Assembly: GCA_032718475.1 (NCBI GenBank)
Contig: JAUCBJ010006289.1
Location: forward strand, 15,675-79,674
Direction of reading: 5' to 3'
Length of the DNA stretch: 64,000 bases
Source: Nemertoderma westbladi
Lineage: Eukaryota; Animalia; Xenacoelomorpha
Below the pieces are notes generated by a model, which saw only the letters and a program-made list of their open reading frames with translations, ran no database searches and was not told the origin of the DNA. Position 1 is the stretch's first letter; each line of letters begins with the position of its first letter. Positions 1 to 13,355 of the stretch are shown here, one piece after another. The position numbers and the translations under genes were made by a program.

Positions 1-826
1 TTATTATATCAAAATATGGCAATAATGGCACAGTAAAGTGTAAGAGTCCCCAAAAATGTTACACTGTGTTAAAAGAAATTGCAAAATTGGCATTATGTAA
101 TATGTCAACAGCCCAAAGACAAAATGTATAACCTATTTAAGAGAAAAAAATTAAAGATAAAAAGTTATATAATTCTGTCAATAATGATGTTTTAAAGATT
201 ACATTGAGAGTTTATTTGATTCTGTAGTTCTTTCTGGTGAGACATTTTAAGTTTAGGCTTGGCTGCCTTTTCATTGCATTTTGGAAATATATTTAGTACT
301 TTTAATTTCCATGGCTATGTCACAAATTCCTTTATTGTTAGTCACTTAATTCTCCTAATTATAGAGAAAAACGGCGATCTTACATTGGCTAATATATCTA
401 GTAAAGTTTTAGAACTAATATAGCTTAGATGCTTTAAAAGTAGGAGTCGAGGGTATTGCTTTATTAAAAGCTTTAGTGCTTGTGATATGCTGAAATAAAT
501 TATTCAATTTTATCTTGATAATGTATGTCTACTATTCCTACTACTAGAATTGGCCTGCTGCATTACAGCTGCATATATAGAGATACTATGCTGGCTTAAC
601 AAAAATATTTTTGCAACATCATACCACAATTGACATTCTCTAATGCAGCGTGCATTAAGAATGCTATGCCAGTTTATCAACAAAATCGATAATGACAGTC
701 CAGTTTGTTAATCTTAACTCTATTATTGGTAACATAATGGGTAAATATAAACATTATAATATTAATGAAATTCGACGTAATAAATAATTATAAACTTGTT
801 TTGAAATTAATTAGTTAATAGATGTT

Positions 827-937
827 AATAATGTGCAACTAATGCATATCTTCAATAAAGACCTTCTTTAACACGTGTAATAATAACACAATAATGTGCA
901 ACTAATGCATATCTTCAATAAAGACCTTCTTTAACAC
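827..937. repeat. 48-bp direct duplication (827-874, 890-937) downstream of the lipase gene
   Basis: aataatgtgcaactaatgcatatcttcaataaagaccttctttaacac occurs twice, 15 bp apart. Confidence 0.9.
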
Positions 938-1207
938 TACATAACTAATGTGTAATTATGTAGCTGACATTGCATAAATCAGAATCAATTAACAACAGTA
1001 AAAAACGCAAACCAATACTAAATTTGCAAGGATGTGTTAAATAACAACACTTTTAAATGCTATAACCTCAAGCACATCACATAGTAAATTTGGTCAAATG
1101 CAACAAAGACTGTAAATTTCTAACAATTATTTTAAACAATATATTTACCACATCTACTAATGGGCCAAACTAACCCTGGTGCACATGTCCCCTTTCCAGT
1201 CTGAGTG

Positions 1208-2620
1208 TTAGTTTGGTATTGGTTCTACTTCCATTGAACGGATCAACTTTATTATCGGTGCATAAATCAATTCGTGTGCATCAGTACCCCAAATGAAATC
1301 TAAATGATTATATTGGGGGATATTTTTGTGTAAGATTACAGAATGTAAGTGAGGCATCAGAGTGGCAACATCTTGTGGGTCAGCCAACCAATCGTTACCC
1401 CCAGTGAATAGTGCTATAGGCGTTGTGATATCATCAGTATGGTAGAGTGGTGGTGTTGACTGGTTATAATTCGCAATGTTTGCTTCTTTGCTACCATAAT
1501 CATAGGCTTGGAACTTTCCACTCTTGAACTGTTGCAGATACTGTTCGATATTCTGTACAGATGTTCCAGCTGGTAACCGAGTCAGGTAAACAGGGATCCT
1601 TGTACGATTCAGGTTGTGAATATTGTATCCTGCAATTGAAAAGATCACATTTTCGCACAAAAGAGCTTCAAATTTGTGATCACAAAAATAGATTCCAAGA
1701 ATATCAAAAATTCCATCATTAGGTAGTAACTCACCATGATGAAATGCATTGAGTAACTCAATGATTGGTATCCCAATCCCAGAAAGGGCTAGAAATCTCA
1801 TAAGTCCTTTCATGTGAGCAACTCTGCTAACAGGAGCCAAGGCAACAAATAATTTAATACTATTCATAAGATTAGAATTATTAGGAAGCTCAGCAAACAT
1901 TGTCATTGTGCCTTGAGAGTGGCCAACATAATGGATGCCCTTCTGAGATGTAACTTCTGTGACGTAATCAATCATAGCAGGGAGATCAAATGAAGCCATT
2001 TGATCCCAAGTGAACTTCCAGAACTCATATTTGTCTGGTGACAATCTGGTATGATTTCGAGAATAAGTGTTGCCCCTCATATTACCCAACCAAACATCAA
2101 ATCCAGCATCAGCAAATACAAATGCTGCACTTTCATTGGCTGTATTCACCATCCAAGTTGCAGAACTATCCAGCAGTCCATGTTGTAGGAAGACAACTGG
2201 TTTTATCACATTACCTGAGTCATCCTCATGTCGACCATGCGGTATTCTATGTAGACCCAATATATATCCATCCTTTGTTGTGACATAATGTTTCTGGAAT
2301 GGGTAACCTTTAGATGTTGCTAGTTCTTCTATTGACATGTAACATTCCGGTAAGGTACAAGCACTGGTTAGTCGGTAATCAATGATGTTATATTGTTTAA
2401 ATATATTTCTGAAATGAACAATATCTTTAGCATGATTCCCCAACTTATATCCAAACTCTTTTCCAGTGTACTTTTCTGTAGCATATGGTAGCTTGTTTCT
2501 CAAGGGCTCCAATTTATCATGGTTACTTTGAGATCTGAATATAAGTTTATTTTCAATGGGAAATGCTTTAGTATAACAAATATAGACAGTTATTACAATT
2601 ATCTCAGAATAGAATAACAT
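1208..2620 (-). CDS. Lysosomal/gastric acid lipase family protein (LIPA/LIPF-like alpha/beta hydrolase), single exon
   Basis: 470-aa ORF with TKDGYILGLHRIP, LQHGLL oxyanion motif, DVWLGNMRGNTYSR, nucleophile GHSQG, catalytic Asp (NDWLA) and His (YNHLDF). Hydrophobic N-terminus resembles a signal peptide. Confidence 0.95.
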   Translation of the reverse strand: MLFYSEIIVITVYICYTKAFPIENKLIFRSQSNHDKLEPLRNKLPYATEKYTGKEFGYKLGNHAKDIVHFRNIFKQYNIIDYRLTSACTLPECYMSIEELATSKGYPFQKHYVTTKDGYILGLHRIPHGRHEDDSGNVIKPVVFLQHGLLDSSATWMVNTANESAAFVFADAGFDVWLGNMRGNTYSRNHTRLSPDKYEFWKFTWDQMASFDLPAMIDYVTEVTSQKGIHYVGHSQGTMTMFAELPNNSNLMNSIKLFVALAPVSRVAHMKGLMRFLALSGIGIPIIELLNAFHHGELLPNDGIFDILGIYFCDHKFEALLCENVIFSIAGYNIHNLNRTRIPVYLTRLPAGTSVQNIEQYLQQFKSGKFQAYDYGSKEANIANYNQSTPPLYHTDDITTPIALFTGGNDWLADPQDVATLMPHLHSVILHKNIPQYNHLDFIWGTDAHELIYAPIIKLIRSMEVEPIPN

Positions 2621-3290
2621 TGTGTGCTTACAATCTTTAATAATCTTAATAAAGCATAAATATCATAAATATATTCAGAATCCTACAGGTATATAAGAAA
2701 AAGTAAACTACAATGTCGTATCTTTACTCAGTGCTTGATAGCAGTTAGATTTTTCTGAGTCCTAATGTAAAAGTAAAAAAAAATGCCATTGGCGTGACTA
2801 TGTTTGGAGGAAAAACATTGAATTCACAATCTAAATAATGAGAATTGTTAAACAAAGTCTAAAAAGTAAAAGTAACATTTTGTTTTCTTTAGGGGATTAC
2901 TTATATGTCTGATGACTTATTTCCAGTGCTATAGAGCAGAATGAGAGATATTATAGTATAAACCCATATTATTACAATCACTAAAAAAACGATTTCTCTC
3001 ATATTATATAACATGCACTCACTTCAACAACTCATAGATTGAAAATTGATTAACAACATATGTACCATACTTAATAGAACCACAGTCTTAAATTGAGCAG
3101 ATAAGAATTTAATCAAAGTTTATGACTTATTTTAGCCTAAACTAGGCCAGGCCACATTATTTTGCAGCCAGTATCTTAAGTTAGAGATATGGCTGTGATA
3201 CTGTGAACATCTGAAATTCTTAAAAGTTTTCAGGAAGGAAAATCTTCAATAATTGTCATAAAAGCTATAGATCTTCCATATGGCATGGGC

Positions 3291-3324
3291 ATACTACTAC
3301 TACTAGGTCGAGCGAACTCGGACA
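3291..3324 (-). mobile_element. Helitron-type 3' terminus (hairpin + CTAG) abutting (TAG)n
   Basis: Minus strand reads tgtccgagttcgctcgacCTAGtagtagtagtat. Identical to 30344-30377 (+); the 22-nt core is 17/22 identical to 38619-38640. Confidence 0.65.
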
Positions 3325-6123
3325 ACTCGGGCAACTTTCAGTTGCGGGAGTAAACCGCTTGTGGTCGCAACTCCTACAAGCGTCTTCGCAGTAGATCGCC
3401 GTTGATTGATTACCTTTCCCGCCAACCTTGTCAGCATGTCTAGCCGTTGGTTGATTACCTTCCGCCTATCCATGGCCTACAGCCCTGCTGCCGACTGTAG
3501 GGGTCCTTTTGTTACACCCTGAACCAAGTGTGCCTCCTGGGTTAGGTTACCTAACACTGGTAGAGGAGCATCCAGTATAGACAGGGCGGGGCGCGTATCA
3601 TCTCTAATGCAGATGCGTATCAAGCCTTTGCCTTCAATGGTGCCCTAGGCGCTATAGCCCTCAATGACTTATTTAGTTGACGGGGCTGTACCAACCCACT
3701 CTTGATCAACTAAATAATGAATAGGCTATGCTTATCGGGCCTGCCCTACTGGGCTGGCAGCTACAGGTAGTACCACATTACTGCCATAGTGGTAGCAGGA
3801 TCTGGGGACCTGACCTGACCTCAACGGCATATCATTGGGCATTTTGACTTTGGACTTTTCATCCCCAGAACTTTCGCCATGGGCTTTTTGTCTCCAGGGG
3901 ACTTTTCGTCTAAAAGGTCATTTCATCACAGACATTTTCATCCCAGACAGGCTTTTTATCTTAGAAAAAAAGTAGTGAGATATTTTTGTTAGACAATTTC
4001 TTATTGCTCTTTCATCTCCAGGAGTGAATATGTGCCAATTACCACAGTAATAATCCTTGTAGTTTATATTAATTAATATATTATATTAACTATATTTATC
4101 CACGTATAATTGATTATTTTACATTATTATTATAATTCGCCAGGAATATTATACAAAAGGAATAGTAGTAGTACTCTAAATACTACCATTTCCTTATTAT
4201 CTATATCACCTGGCGAAATGTGGCAGGTAATACAGTACCACCGTTTGATCAAATATGTTGTATTTACAAGCTTTTTACTGCTAGTCCCGAACCCTGAAAC
4301 CCTGTGAAAATCCACCCTAATTACGTGAAAAATTATACTCTGGTACAAAAATCTAACGCAAATGCCGAAAAAGTAAATATCAATGTTACTTTTAGACTGC
4401 ATTACTTATTTAAGTCAATTTATCTATATTGATGATTACCCAAATCAAATAGACCCATGTACGCGATCAATTCATACCTTTATTCTGTACTGTATCAACA
4501 TAAAGTAAATTCTTTAATGCTAGTCTTAGATAATTCCAGTCACATTTATTTTATTTATCTTAATCCATTTGTTATTTGCAGTATGTAGTGTGTGGTATTA
4601 ATTGCTACAATACAAAAGTGGGTGTGTTAAGCCAACTGCGTCACAGCGTCACGTGACTTACAGTATTCACATATTGGTGTATACTTATTACAACAGTACA
4701 GTGTATATACATTGTACATGTACATTATGAATGTTCAGTACATTTTGCATTGTATGCACTGTGTGCTACTGTAATGGTATGGTATAGGATATTTAATTTC
4801 TTTTTCAAAATATAAGAGCAGTATTATTATATTTAGTTTTTAATACAACTATGCAGCTCCTAAAGGGATATTTTGAAAAAAAATTATCAAGAGCGCCATC
4901 CATTGCATGTACAAACTCCCTGGATCCTGGACCAAGAATTGGGATAAAAGGGCCGAAGTAGTTCATATGGTATGGATATGCATATCATATGGTACTGGAA
5001 GCCACCAACTTCCTCAAACTCAGAGATAATTGCCTTGACATGATCCTTGGAGACACAAGGACGTCCAGACCCAGAGATTGACATATCCAATATCAGCCAA
5101 AAATCTTGAAGAAAAATATCAAATAGGCCTACTGGTATAAAAAACAAATTAAGTTATTATTAAATTGTTCAGTAGTTACAGTTAAATTAAATAGCATACT
5201 TGGTTGGTGGTTTGAATATAAACAAGTAAATACTTACACAAGTGAACAGTTCTATGAAATTTAAACTCTTAAAATTCGATTGAATAAATTAACACTTCAC
5301 TTTCACTTCATCCAATCATCGGTAATATATTCATTAAAATTACATATAATAATACAGTCGTTTAACTTATACCAGTACGAAGTACTCAAACTATGACTGG
5401 GGCAAATGATATGTGCCAATTAGTATAATTTTTTAAAAAAATATACCAAGTATGTCTAGATAAATCACAGGCACTGACAAATCTAAAAAAGAAGCGCACC
5501 ATCAAAGATATCAGACGAGAGTACGGAGCCATGGTGTGCTAATAATGGAAGAGCAAGTGAGAAAGAAGGTGGAAAATCTAAAAAATAGGGTTAAGGTGAA
5601 GTTACACAAAGGCACCACGAAAAGGAATTTCTGGCAATAGGGGACAAAAACCAAAGCTTGGGGAAATTACCACATGTGAGAATGACCCTAATTAATACAT
5701 TTAGGTATTATGATCAAATAATGGGAATACTCTACAGAATGTGAGTATTTCGAGTTATTTTTTGAGTTATTTACAGTTGGTTACCAAAGCTTATGCCTAT
5801 GGGACACAATGTTTAATAAACCATGTTTTGCCATGTCCCACAGGTGTATGGATACCCATCTATCCACACCAACAAGATCCGTGACTTCCTTGCCAATTTT
5901 ATCATAGTAGTGGCCAACAACATCTCAATAGAACATTTACTTCAGCCATTGAGTGGTGAACTCAATATGATGAGGAGAGTACCCATCAGCATCAGGCCAA
6001 GAATTCTTAGCAATATTTATCATTCGAAAAAGTCAACAATTATTTAAGTTTGGTTCATCCAATTTAAGTTTCCTAAATATAGACTTCACTATAGAATTAT
6101 GTCACTCAACAATTCCATTTGAA

Positions 6124-6789
6124 AATGGACAATATGGTACTGTGGATTTATTAGTAATATTCAACTTTTCATACATTTCAGTAAAAATATTACTAGTGAA
6201 TTCTTTTCCATTATCAGATAGTACCCTTCTGGATTGTCCAAATATAAAAACCCAAAAATCAAGAAAAATTTCGATAATTGTTTCGGACTGCTTATCCTTA
6301 ATTGGTGCTGCTACACTATAACGGCTGAATAAATCAATAACAGGGGACAATGGTATGGAAACTATGGGTCTCATTGGAGGTCTCGAAACCAAATGACAGG
6401 AAGAGCATTTTGATATTACATCTTGGATAATTTTCTTATCACACTCAATGCCTGATTGAGAGATCATCTTGTGTAATGTGGCAAACCCAGCATGGCCAAA
6501 CTGTCGGTGTATTTTATCAACTTCAGCATGAGTAAGGTATGACATTACTGGTTCTTCATTTCTAGATACAAAAATGACTGAATGGCCCCCATGTTCCTTA
6601 AGCTCACAATTGTACCCATCAATCACTATAATGGACAATATGGTACTGTGGATTTATTAGTAATATTCAACTTTTCATACATTTCAGTAAAAATATTACT
6701 AGTGAATTCTTTTCCATTATCAGATAGTACCCTTCTGGGTTGTCCAAATATAAAAACCCAAAAGTCATGAAAAATTTCGATAATTGTTT
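6124..6789. repeat. 160-bp direct duplication of Copia integrase sequence (6124-6283, 6630-6789)
   Basis: Near-identical copies (about 3 substitutions); the second copy abuts the Penelope 5' junction. Confidence 0.9.
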
Positions 6790-7775
6790 ATTGTTATTAA
6801 TTGTTATTAATTGTTTGCATAAACTACATGACATTCTGCCCCTTAACGGGTTTCCCAGTGAACTTATCTGGTCCGTCATTCACAGGGTCACCTCAAGACT
6901 AGGGGGGCCAGCCTGTCCCAAAATACCTTCGGTTGCCAAAAAACCAATCTACTTAGTCCTACCTTACTTAGGCTACATACAAATCAACCACAAACTTAAA
7001 CTGATTTCTCATGCCTACCCGCAAATAGACTTCAAGATAATTTTCAAACCCCACATCAGACTAGGCACCCACTTCCCGTTCAAGGACAGATTTCCAGCCG
7101 CGCTGAGACCCGTTGTCTTGTACAAATTCAAGTGTGCCAGCTGTAATGCTGTCTACATCGGTAAAACCGAGCGACATTTTAAGACACGAGTCTGTGACCA
7201 CCTGGGAGTCTCACCAAGAACGGGAAATCCTGTGGCCAACCCACAACATTCTGCAATACGGGATCACGCTATAGAGTATGACCACAAATATAATTACAAT
7301 GATTTTAAAATAATAGGCAAGGCACAAAGTAATTATGACCTTCTAATTAAAGAAAGCATCACAATTGGCAGACAAAAACCCTCTCACTAAACATCCAAGG
7401 CACGTCCTTCCCGTTATTTCTATTTTAAAGGTGACCCCCGCCCCCCGCCCACCAGCACTACTGCTCTCACACGTACCGGTTCACCTTACTGCTTACATTT
7501 TGTACATTTCAGTATTTATCGCATGTTACAGACTGACGACCTACTTGTTGTTTTGTCTTATTTACACAATTCTAGGATCATAATAACTTTGTTTCATATT
7601 TACTACATTAAATAATTAATTATTACTTTTTTACAGTATGTTTATTTCGTAAAGTACTTTATATTTTGTTAGTTTACACTGTTTATTTGGCTGATGATGA
7701 TGAATGTATTTCGTCGAAACGTTGAATTAATTGAAATATAATGTTGTTTAGAATCGCAATACTTATTCTATTCTG
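6790..7775 (+). mobile_element. 5'-truncated Penelope-like retroelement (GIY-YIG endonuclease and 3' region)
   Basis: ORF 6740-7390 contains LVLPYLG, VLYKFKCASCNAVYIGKTERHFKTRVCDH, SAIRDH and LLIKESI; hammerhead-like motif downstream. Confidence 0.9.
7688..7723 (+). ncRNA. Penelope-type minimal hammerhead ribozyme motif (stem I degenerate)
   Basis: CTGATGA-t-[gatgaa tgtat ttcgtc]-GAAACGTT. Confidence 0.5.
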
Positions 7776-9188
7776 TTTTAAATCACTATAATGTTCTGGG
7801 CTATATATATGACTGCATTCAATTTCAGTAGTGTGTAATGGGATAATAAAAGATTGCAGGGTATAATATCAACAAATATTTTGTAACTCATTTCTCCTAA
7901 TTGAATTGGAATAATAACACTAAAAATAGACCCTTCCCAAATCCTCCTCAGCCTCACAACCTCCTCCAAATAGAAATACTGTATTTGAATAAAGCTGTTC
8001 AAAATTTGAAATACTTAGATCAATATATGTTATGTAACTGTATCATATGTATGTATGTACGTTATGTAACTTATGTAGCCATTCTTATCCAGCTACTGTT
8101 TTTGTACACCCTGTATCTACAATGATAAAGGGAATAGATGGTTCAGCAGGCAACATTTTTTGTACAGCTTGGTAGACTTCCTCATTTTCAGTATCATTAA
8201 TCAATCCAAGGTCATCAATATCTCCTGGTTGAGTATGCTCAGTACACTATTTACAATGACTAGACCATGTTGTATTAGGCCTACTTGTACTTTTATGGGG
8301 ACAAGTATGCATCAAATGAAGGAATGAATTACACATTTGACACCGTGCACGGTTTTTATGTGGACATCGATCAGCCCAGTGCAAAGTTGATTGACATATC
8401 CGACATGGGCCACGAGAGGAATTGTTAAACTGTTGAGGTGTACCGGTAGGGGTTGAAAAATTCGGTTTGTATTGGCCTACTGCGTTTTTATAACACCTAC
8501 CTGATTGCATCGACCATAATCCTTCTTCAGTTTGCTGACATTCCTTAACTTCGTCATCCTGTTCATTTATTCCAGTAAAAGCTGGCTCTGTTAATTATGA
8601 GTTTATACATTTTCATCCGGTTGAGGAGTCTATCAAAATCTGAAATAAATGACTTCATTGACTGGTTTTCCTTTCTCTGCTCAACTTCTTAAATTTTGTA
8701 AATGTTTCAAACGCAGCCTTATCTTGTTCCTGTTTGAAAATATCATCCAAAACAAGAATCAATCTGTCCATTCCATCATCATGTTCGAGTTCATCAATAT
8801 CAATATCAAGTGCTCATTCTTTTGCCTTACCTTTCAGACGACCAACTACAGCCAAGGCACATTCCTACTTCCCAAGATCAGTCATCCTCTTCCAAACTTC
8901 AACTTCCTTTCGCCAGAATTCATAATTTGTGTATTTCGGATCAAATTCGGGTGGATCCTTATAAGATGGTGAATAAATAATTTGTTCCATAAGTTGATCG
9001 AGTGGCAACACCACCAACAGCACCAGCACCATCTGCAGGATCTTCTCCATCCGACTCCGACCCAGAATTAATCATAGGCCTAGTTGGTTTGTTATTAAGT
9101 GAAACGTACCGGTACCAGGAATCAGCCTACTGGCCTAGAGCAGTAGTCAGGTAGTAGTGGTGTTAGTTTCAGACTGACTATTAAAAGC

Positions 9189-9206
9189 AACCATGCTCTG
9201 CTACCA
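9189..9206 (-). promoter_or_regulatory. Primer-binding site complementary to the initiator tRNA-Met 3' end
   Basis: Minus strand TGGTAGCAGAGCATGGTT, 1 nt after a ...CA LTR end and upstream of gag. Confidence 0.8.
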
Positions 9207-9879
9207 TTGTTGTACTATTGGACAATGTACCATTGTTGTTTCATTAGTTACACATTGAAATAGTTATATTAATATCAGCTCAGATGTCAATATATTGCAA
9301 TACCGTATAATATGAATTTACAATCATTACAAATACGTTTAACAATATCAGTTCAAAATATTTGTTAGTGGTTATCAGTTCAATATAGGACCAGAATCTA
9401 GTAATGGACGAAGGGATCAGCCCACTCCAATAGGTACCTATAAATATCTGAAAGTACAACAGCAGTACTGGAAGGTACAAACTACATTATGGACAAACCA
9501 TATTTTATTTATATATATATATAAAAGTACGGAGGTTTTCATGGTTCCGGTTAGGCGGCCTATGGCCTACAGCAAATCTGTATAGTCAGTGAGTTTGCAA
9601 AAAGTATATATGTGATATAAACTATATATGTGAGAAATATAACAGAGTATGTGAAAATAATATGTGACAGTTATCATAGTTCTTATATCATATCTTATAA
9701 CATATATCATAGTTCACCTCGCCTATGATGATTAGTGGTTATGATTTTACTCACGTTTAATGTTTTCTTCATGGAATAGCTAGTGAGTTTCCAGGTCTAT
9801 GCACCAATGACATGGAAATGTGATTAACTTGTTCTAGAAAGTTGATATAGTCATAGTTTCTTATACAGTGTGTTGAATT

Positions 9880-11150
9880 GTCCATTTAATGGCGATTGGC
9901 ATGGTAAAAGAAGAAAGACACAAACAAAACATACAATTTGTATTTGACAATGAGTGCATTCATGCGGATTTGTATGTGTCATGGAAAAGATAAGAAAAAC
10001 ATCCAGAAAGATGACGTAAAGCTCATTTGTTTCATTCAATATAAATGAAAAATTTGAAATCAGAGGACTGATAATTGCGGGTTAGAGGTAGAGCTTCGAA
10101 TAAATTCGTTTTACATGCAGTCAAAGGAAGATATCATAATGATTGCATGAAAACCTTTACAAGTTCAAAAAATATTGTATATCATCAGTAGTTACAGATA
10201 AGTCATTAATAAAGGACCACGATTTTGATTTAGTAGTTACCTACTAAGATGATAATAAAGAAAACATTTGGAAATTGACAGAAATATATTATTGGTATTA
10301 GGAATTGGGAGAAACGAATCATTCACATAGTTAAAATATAAACCTTGATAAAATCTTTAGAAACTCATTAATTTTAAATCCAGCTGATCTTAACTATATG
10401 ATGATTGCATTGACTGTAGCTCAGAGGTGCACAAAAGCTGCAGAACAAGAATACACAGTATTTACTGTAAATATATTTACTGTAAAAATTGCTTTAAATG
10501 TCATTTGGTATTATCCTGATCAGTAACAATGTTGTACTTGATTGAGGGAGGGGGGGGGGGGGGGTGGTAATGAGTTTCATTGGATCCATTAATCCATAGC
10601 ATGTTTAATGGATGAAAGTACTATCATGTGTATTTAGCAGTGTTTCAAAGGTGTTATCTGAGAAAAAGTTTCCACAGAACATGCATAAGCTATGCACATT
10701 TTTGCAGAAGTGCTTCATCTATAAATATTATATCCAATTACTTTATAACTATATCCGGAAATGTGAGCTATGGGTGGATGTATTCCTAGTATTCACATGA
10801 TGTGTTTGTGTGGGCAGAATGGGAGGCTGATTTGTACTTGCACTTGGAAGCGATTCATGTTATGATTCCATATTTTTTGCAGCTGCGCACATTAACTGCG
10901 CACAATATTGTTCATATTTCCTGAAATTTAGAATTTACCTAAGTTTTGAAGTTTGTAAAAGGTGAGCATGTCATGAGACATAAACAAGGCTGAAGGTATG
11001 AAATTGTATTTGGTCTGATAATTTCATTGAAACAACGTTCAAGAGGTATGGCAAGAGTAGGGATGTATTATTGGTATTACCTTAAAACCTGAGGCATTCC
11101 AAAACATGGTCACTCTCATTACATACCACTGATTCACATGAATAACCTTA
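9880..11150 (+). pseudogene. Heavily decayed DNA transposase, probably CMC/Chapaev-like
   Basis: Hand translation across frames: LHAVKGRYHNDC (~10110), MSFIGSI, KVLSEKKF, LHLEAIHVMIPYFFAAAH (~10835), GEHVMRHKQG, WSDNFIETTFKRYGK, IGITLKPE. Superfamily label is from recalled motifs. Confidence 0.5.
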
Positions 11151-11210
11151 TTGATAAAGAATAATTTAACACTAGGGTTAACAGTGACAATATTGATAGG
11201 AATTCATTAA

Positions 11211-13355
11211 GGGGGGGGGGGGGGGGGGGGGGGTTGACTAATTCCAAAAAAAATAGATTTTTCAATTTCAATCAGATTTAGATCTGAATTTTATGAGGAT
11301 TTCAAAACATTAAACCGTTTGTAAATAGGTAATGTAGTTCAAAAGTTGTAACCGATCATGTGAACCTTACTCTGAAAATGTCTGTAGATTTTTCCATTTT
11401 TTCCCGAACATTATCCATATTTTCACTGTGATTATAACTGAGAATTAGTCATTTCTTTTGTATTTTTAATTAGGAGGGAAATTCAAATTACAAATGAAAG
11501 TAAAATTAAACCATAATTGTTATAAGCTATATAAGGACTGTACATCAGTAGGCTTACCAGTACTGTTTTCTGCAAGAAATGCTGATAAAGCATGATAAGC
11601 ATGATAAACGAAAACGGGCTGGTTTTATTGGAAAACGATTTAGAGAACGTTGTAAAAATATTTCTAAAAGAAAGAAAACCAACAGAGATATCAACCAATT
11701 TCCAGGTTTTACCTACACAAGGGAATTTCGGTGGATATACATTTATGTCACAGCAAAGCCTTATTAATAGAGTGTCACAATAGTTGTCGTGCAACTGATG
11801 TCTGTTTCTCAAACATGTAGTGAATATTCTACCACATGTCAAGCAGTTTGCAAATCTTGCAGCTGGACGAAAACTGTAAAGACTAGTTCGGAAGTGTCGC
11901 AGGAATGCAGTCCAGTTGTTTGAGTTCCACATTCTTCAGATATAAACCTCCGGTCCGTGTTGGCTTGGCTGTCTGTTGGGATAACTCAAGGGCGGGCAAA
12001 ACGTTTCCGCTGGTAATGAGTTTGCCTTCACCAGTTGGTAAGCGACCATGGATGAAACATGTGAAAAATATTTCTGAGGTGCCTGTTGATATAGGATGTG
12101 CCAATGTTAGTAACTGTGCTATTATGGAGAAGAGTCGAAATATCACTGTTTCATTTGATGGAACTTGGATACGATGTGGGCATCAATATCTTTATGTGGC
12201 TGCTTTCATAATTTCTGAAGAAACTGGTTATGTTCTCGACATTGATGTTTGTTCTAAGTATTGTAATGTAAAGTAAAGTACAGTGTAAAGTAAAGTTCCA
12301 GAATACCATATACTGGAACTGTTGTTGAAAATACCGGTACTGACCAAACTTTGTTATCAGAAAATATGGAGCTATCCAGAGATTCGAGTGAATCTGATGT
12401 GATTGATACAGATGGTTGGTTCATCTGATAATACGAAGGACCATGACTGGAATAAACTTCCATGGAACCAGTGGTTCAATGGAACCGCATCTTGCAGTAA
12501 AACTTTTCCAACGATAAAAAATAATAATTTGATATATTCTCAGGTAATCTCTGATGGTGATAGTAGTGTTGTAAACAGTGTCCAAGACTCTGATCAATAT
12601 GCAGCCGAAAAAGTTACTATTGAAAAACTGGAGTGTCTAAATCATGTTGCGAAACGAGTTTATGCAGAATTGACTAAGATTTGCAATGCCAATAAACTTG
12701 GTGGTAAAGGTGGGTTGACGCTCGTTAGATGCAAAAAGATGCAATCCTACTATCGCAATACTATAGTGAGCAACATAAAAGGAGTAAATCTTCAGGAAAT
12801 ATCTACTAATAAAAAATAAAATTAATCTCAATGATACGAAAGGAAATAGCAGCCGTTCATCACTACTGTAACTATGATAAGTATGTTAAAAAAACAACAT
12901 CATAACTGTCCCGCAGGAAAGTGGTGTAAATATAAAAACGGGAATAGCACATATAAGGCGCCTACTATGCTAAAACCATGTGACTTGAAATTTATACTCC
13001 CATGATATCAACAGCTTACAACAGATGAGCTAATAACTCGCTGTATACCTGGGTCAACACAAAATAGAAATGAATCTCTTCATTCATGGCTCTGGACCGG
13101 ATGTACAAAGGATAAATTCATCGGTTTGGATACACTCAAGTTCGATGTTGCCTACACAGTATTGGAACACAACCGCGGTTCATCAGCTGAACAATTAATT
13201 CTGAGGAAACTTGAACTTGAAGAAGACACTGGTACCATGTCTTAACACATAGCTAAGAAGAATATAAAGATAATGTGGAAGAGTGGTGCTGCTAAACTAT
13301 CTTCCAAAATTGGGGTGAAGGTGGATAAATCTAATTATGAATTTGGAGGATTTTA
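11211..13355 (+). mobile_element. Kolobok-like (Mutator-like DDE) DNA transposon with frameshifted transposase
   Basis: VSFDGTW, SKYC, ISDGDS, KLECLNHVAKR, CPAGKWCKY, GSTQNRNESLHS. Candidate left end TTAA|GG at 11207-11211; right TIR not found. Confidence 0.7.

Larger units (their letters stand above)
5760..9495 (-). mobile_element. Degenerate Ty1/Copia LTR retrotransposon (GalEa-like): gag, protease and integrase remnants, interrupted by Penelope
   Basis: Gag N-terminus PPEFDPKYTNYEFWRKEVEVW (8865-9050); two CX2CX4HX4C knuckles (8247-8510); integrase HRQFGH..CSSC, IDLFSRY, SDNGKEF, FSNGIVE (6102-6638) with no RT before it. tRNA-iMet PBS sits next to a putative LTR (~9208-9495). Confidence 0.75.
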
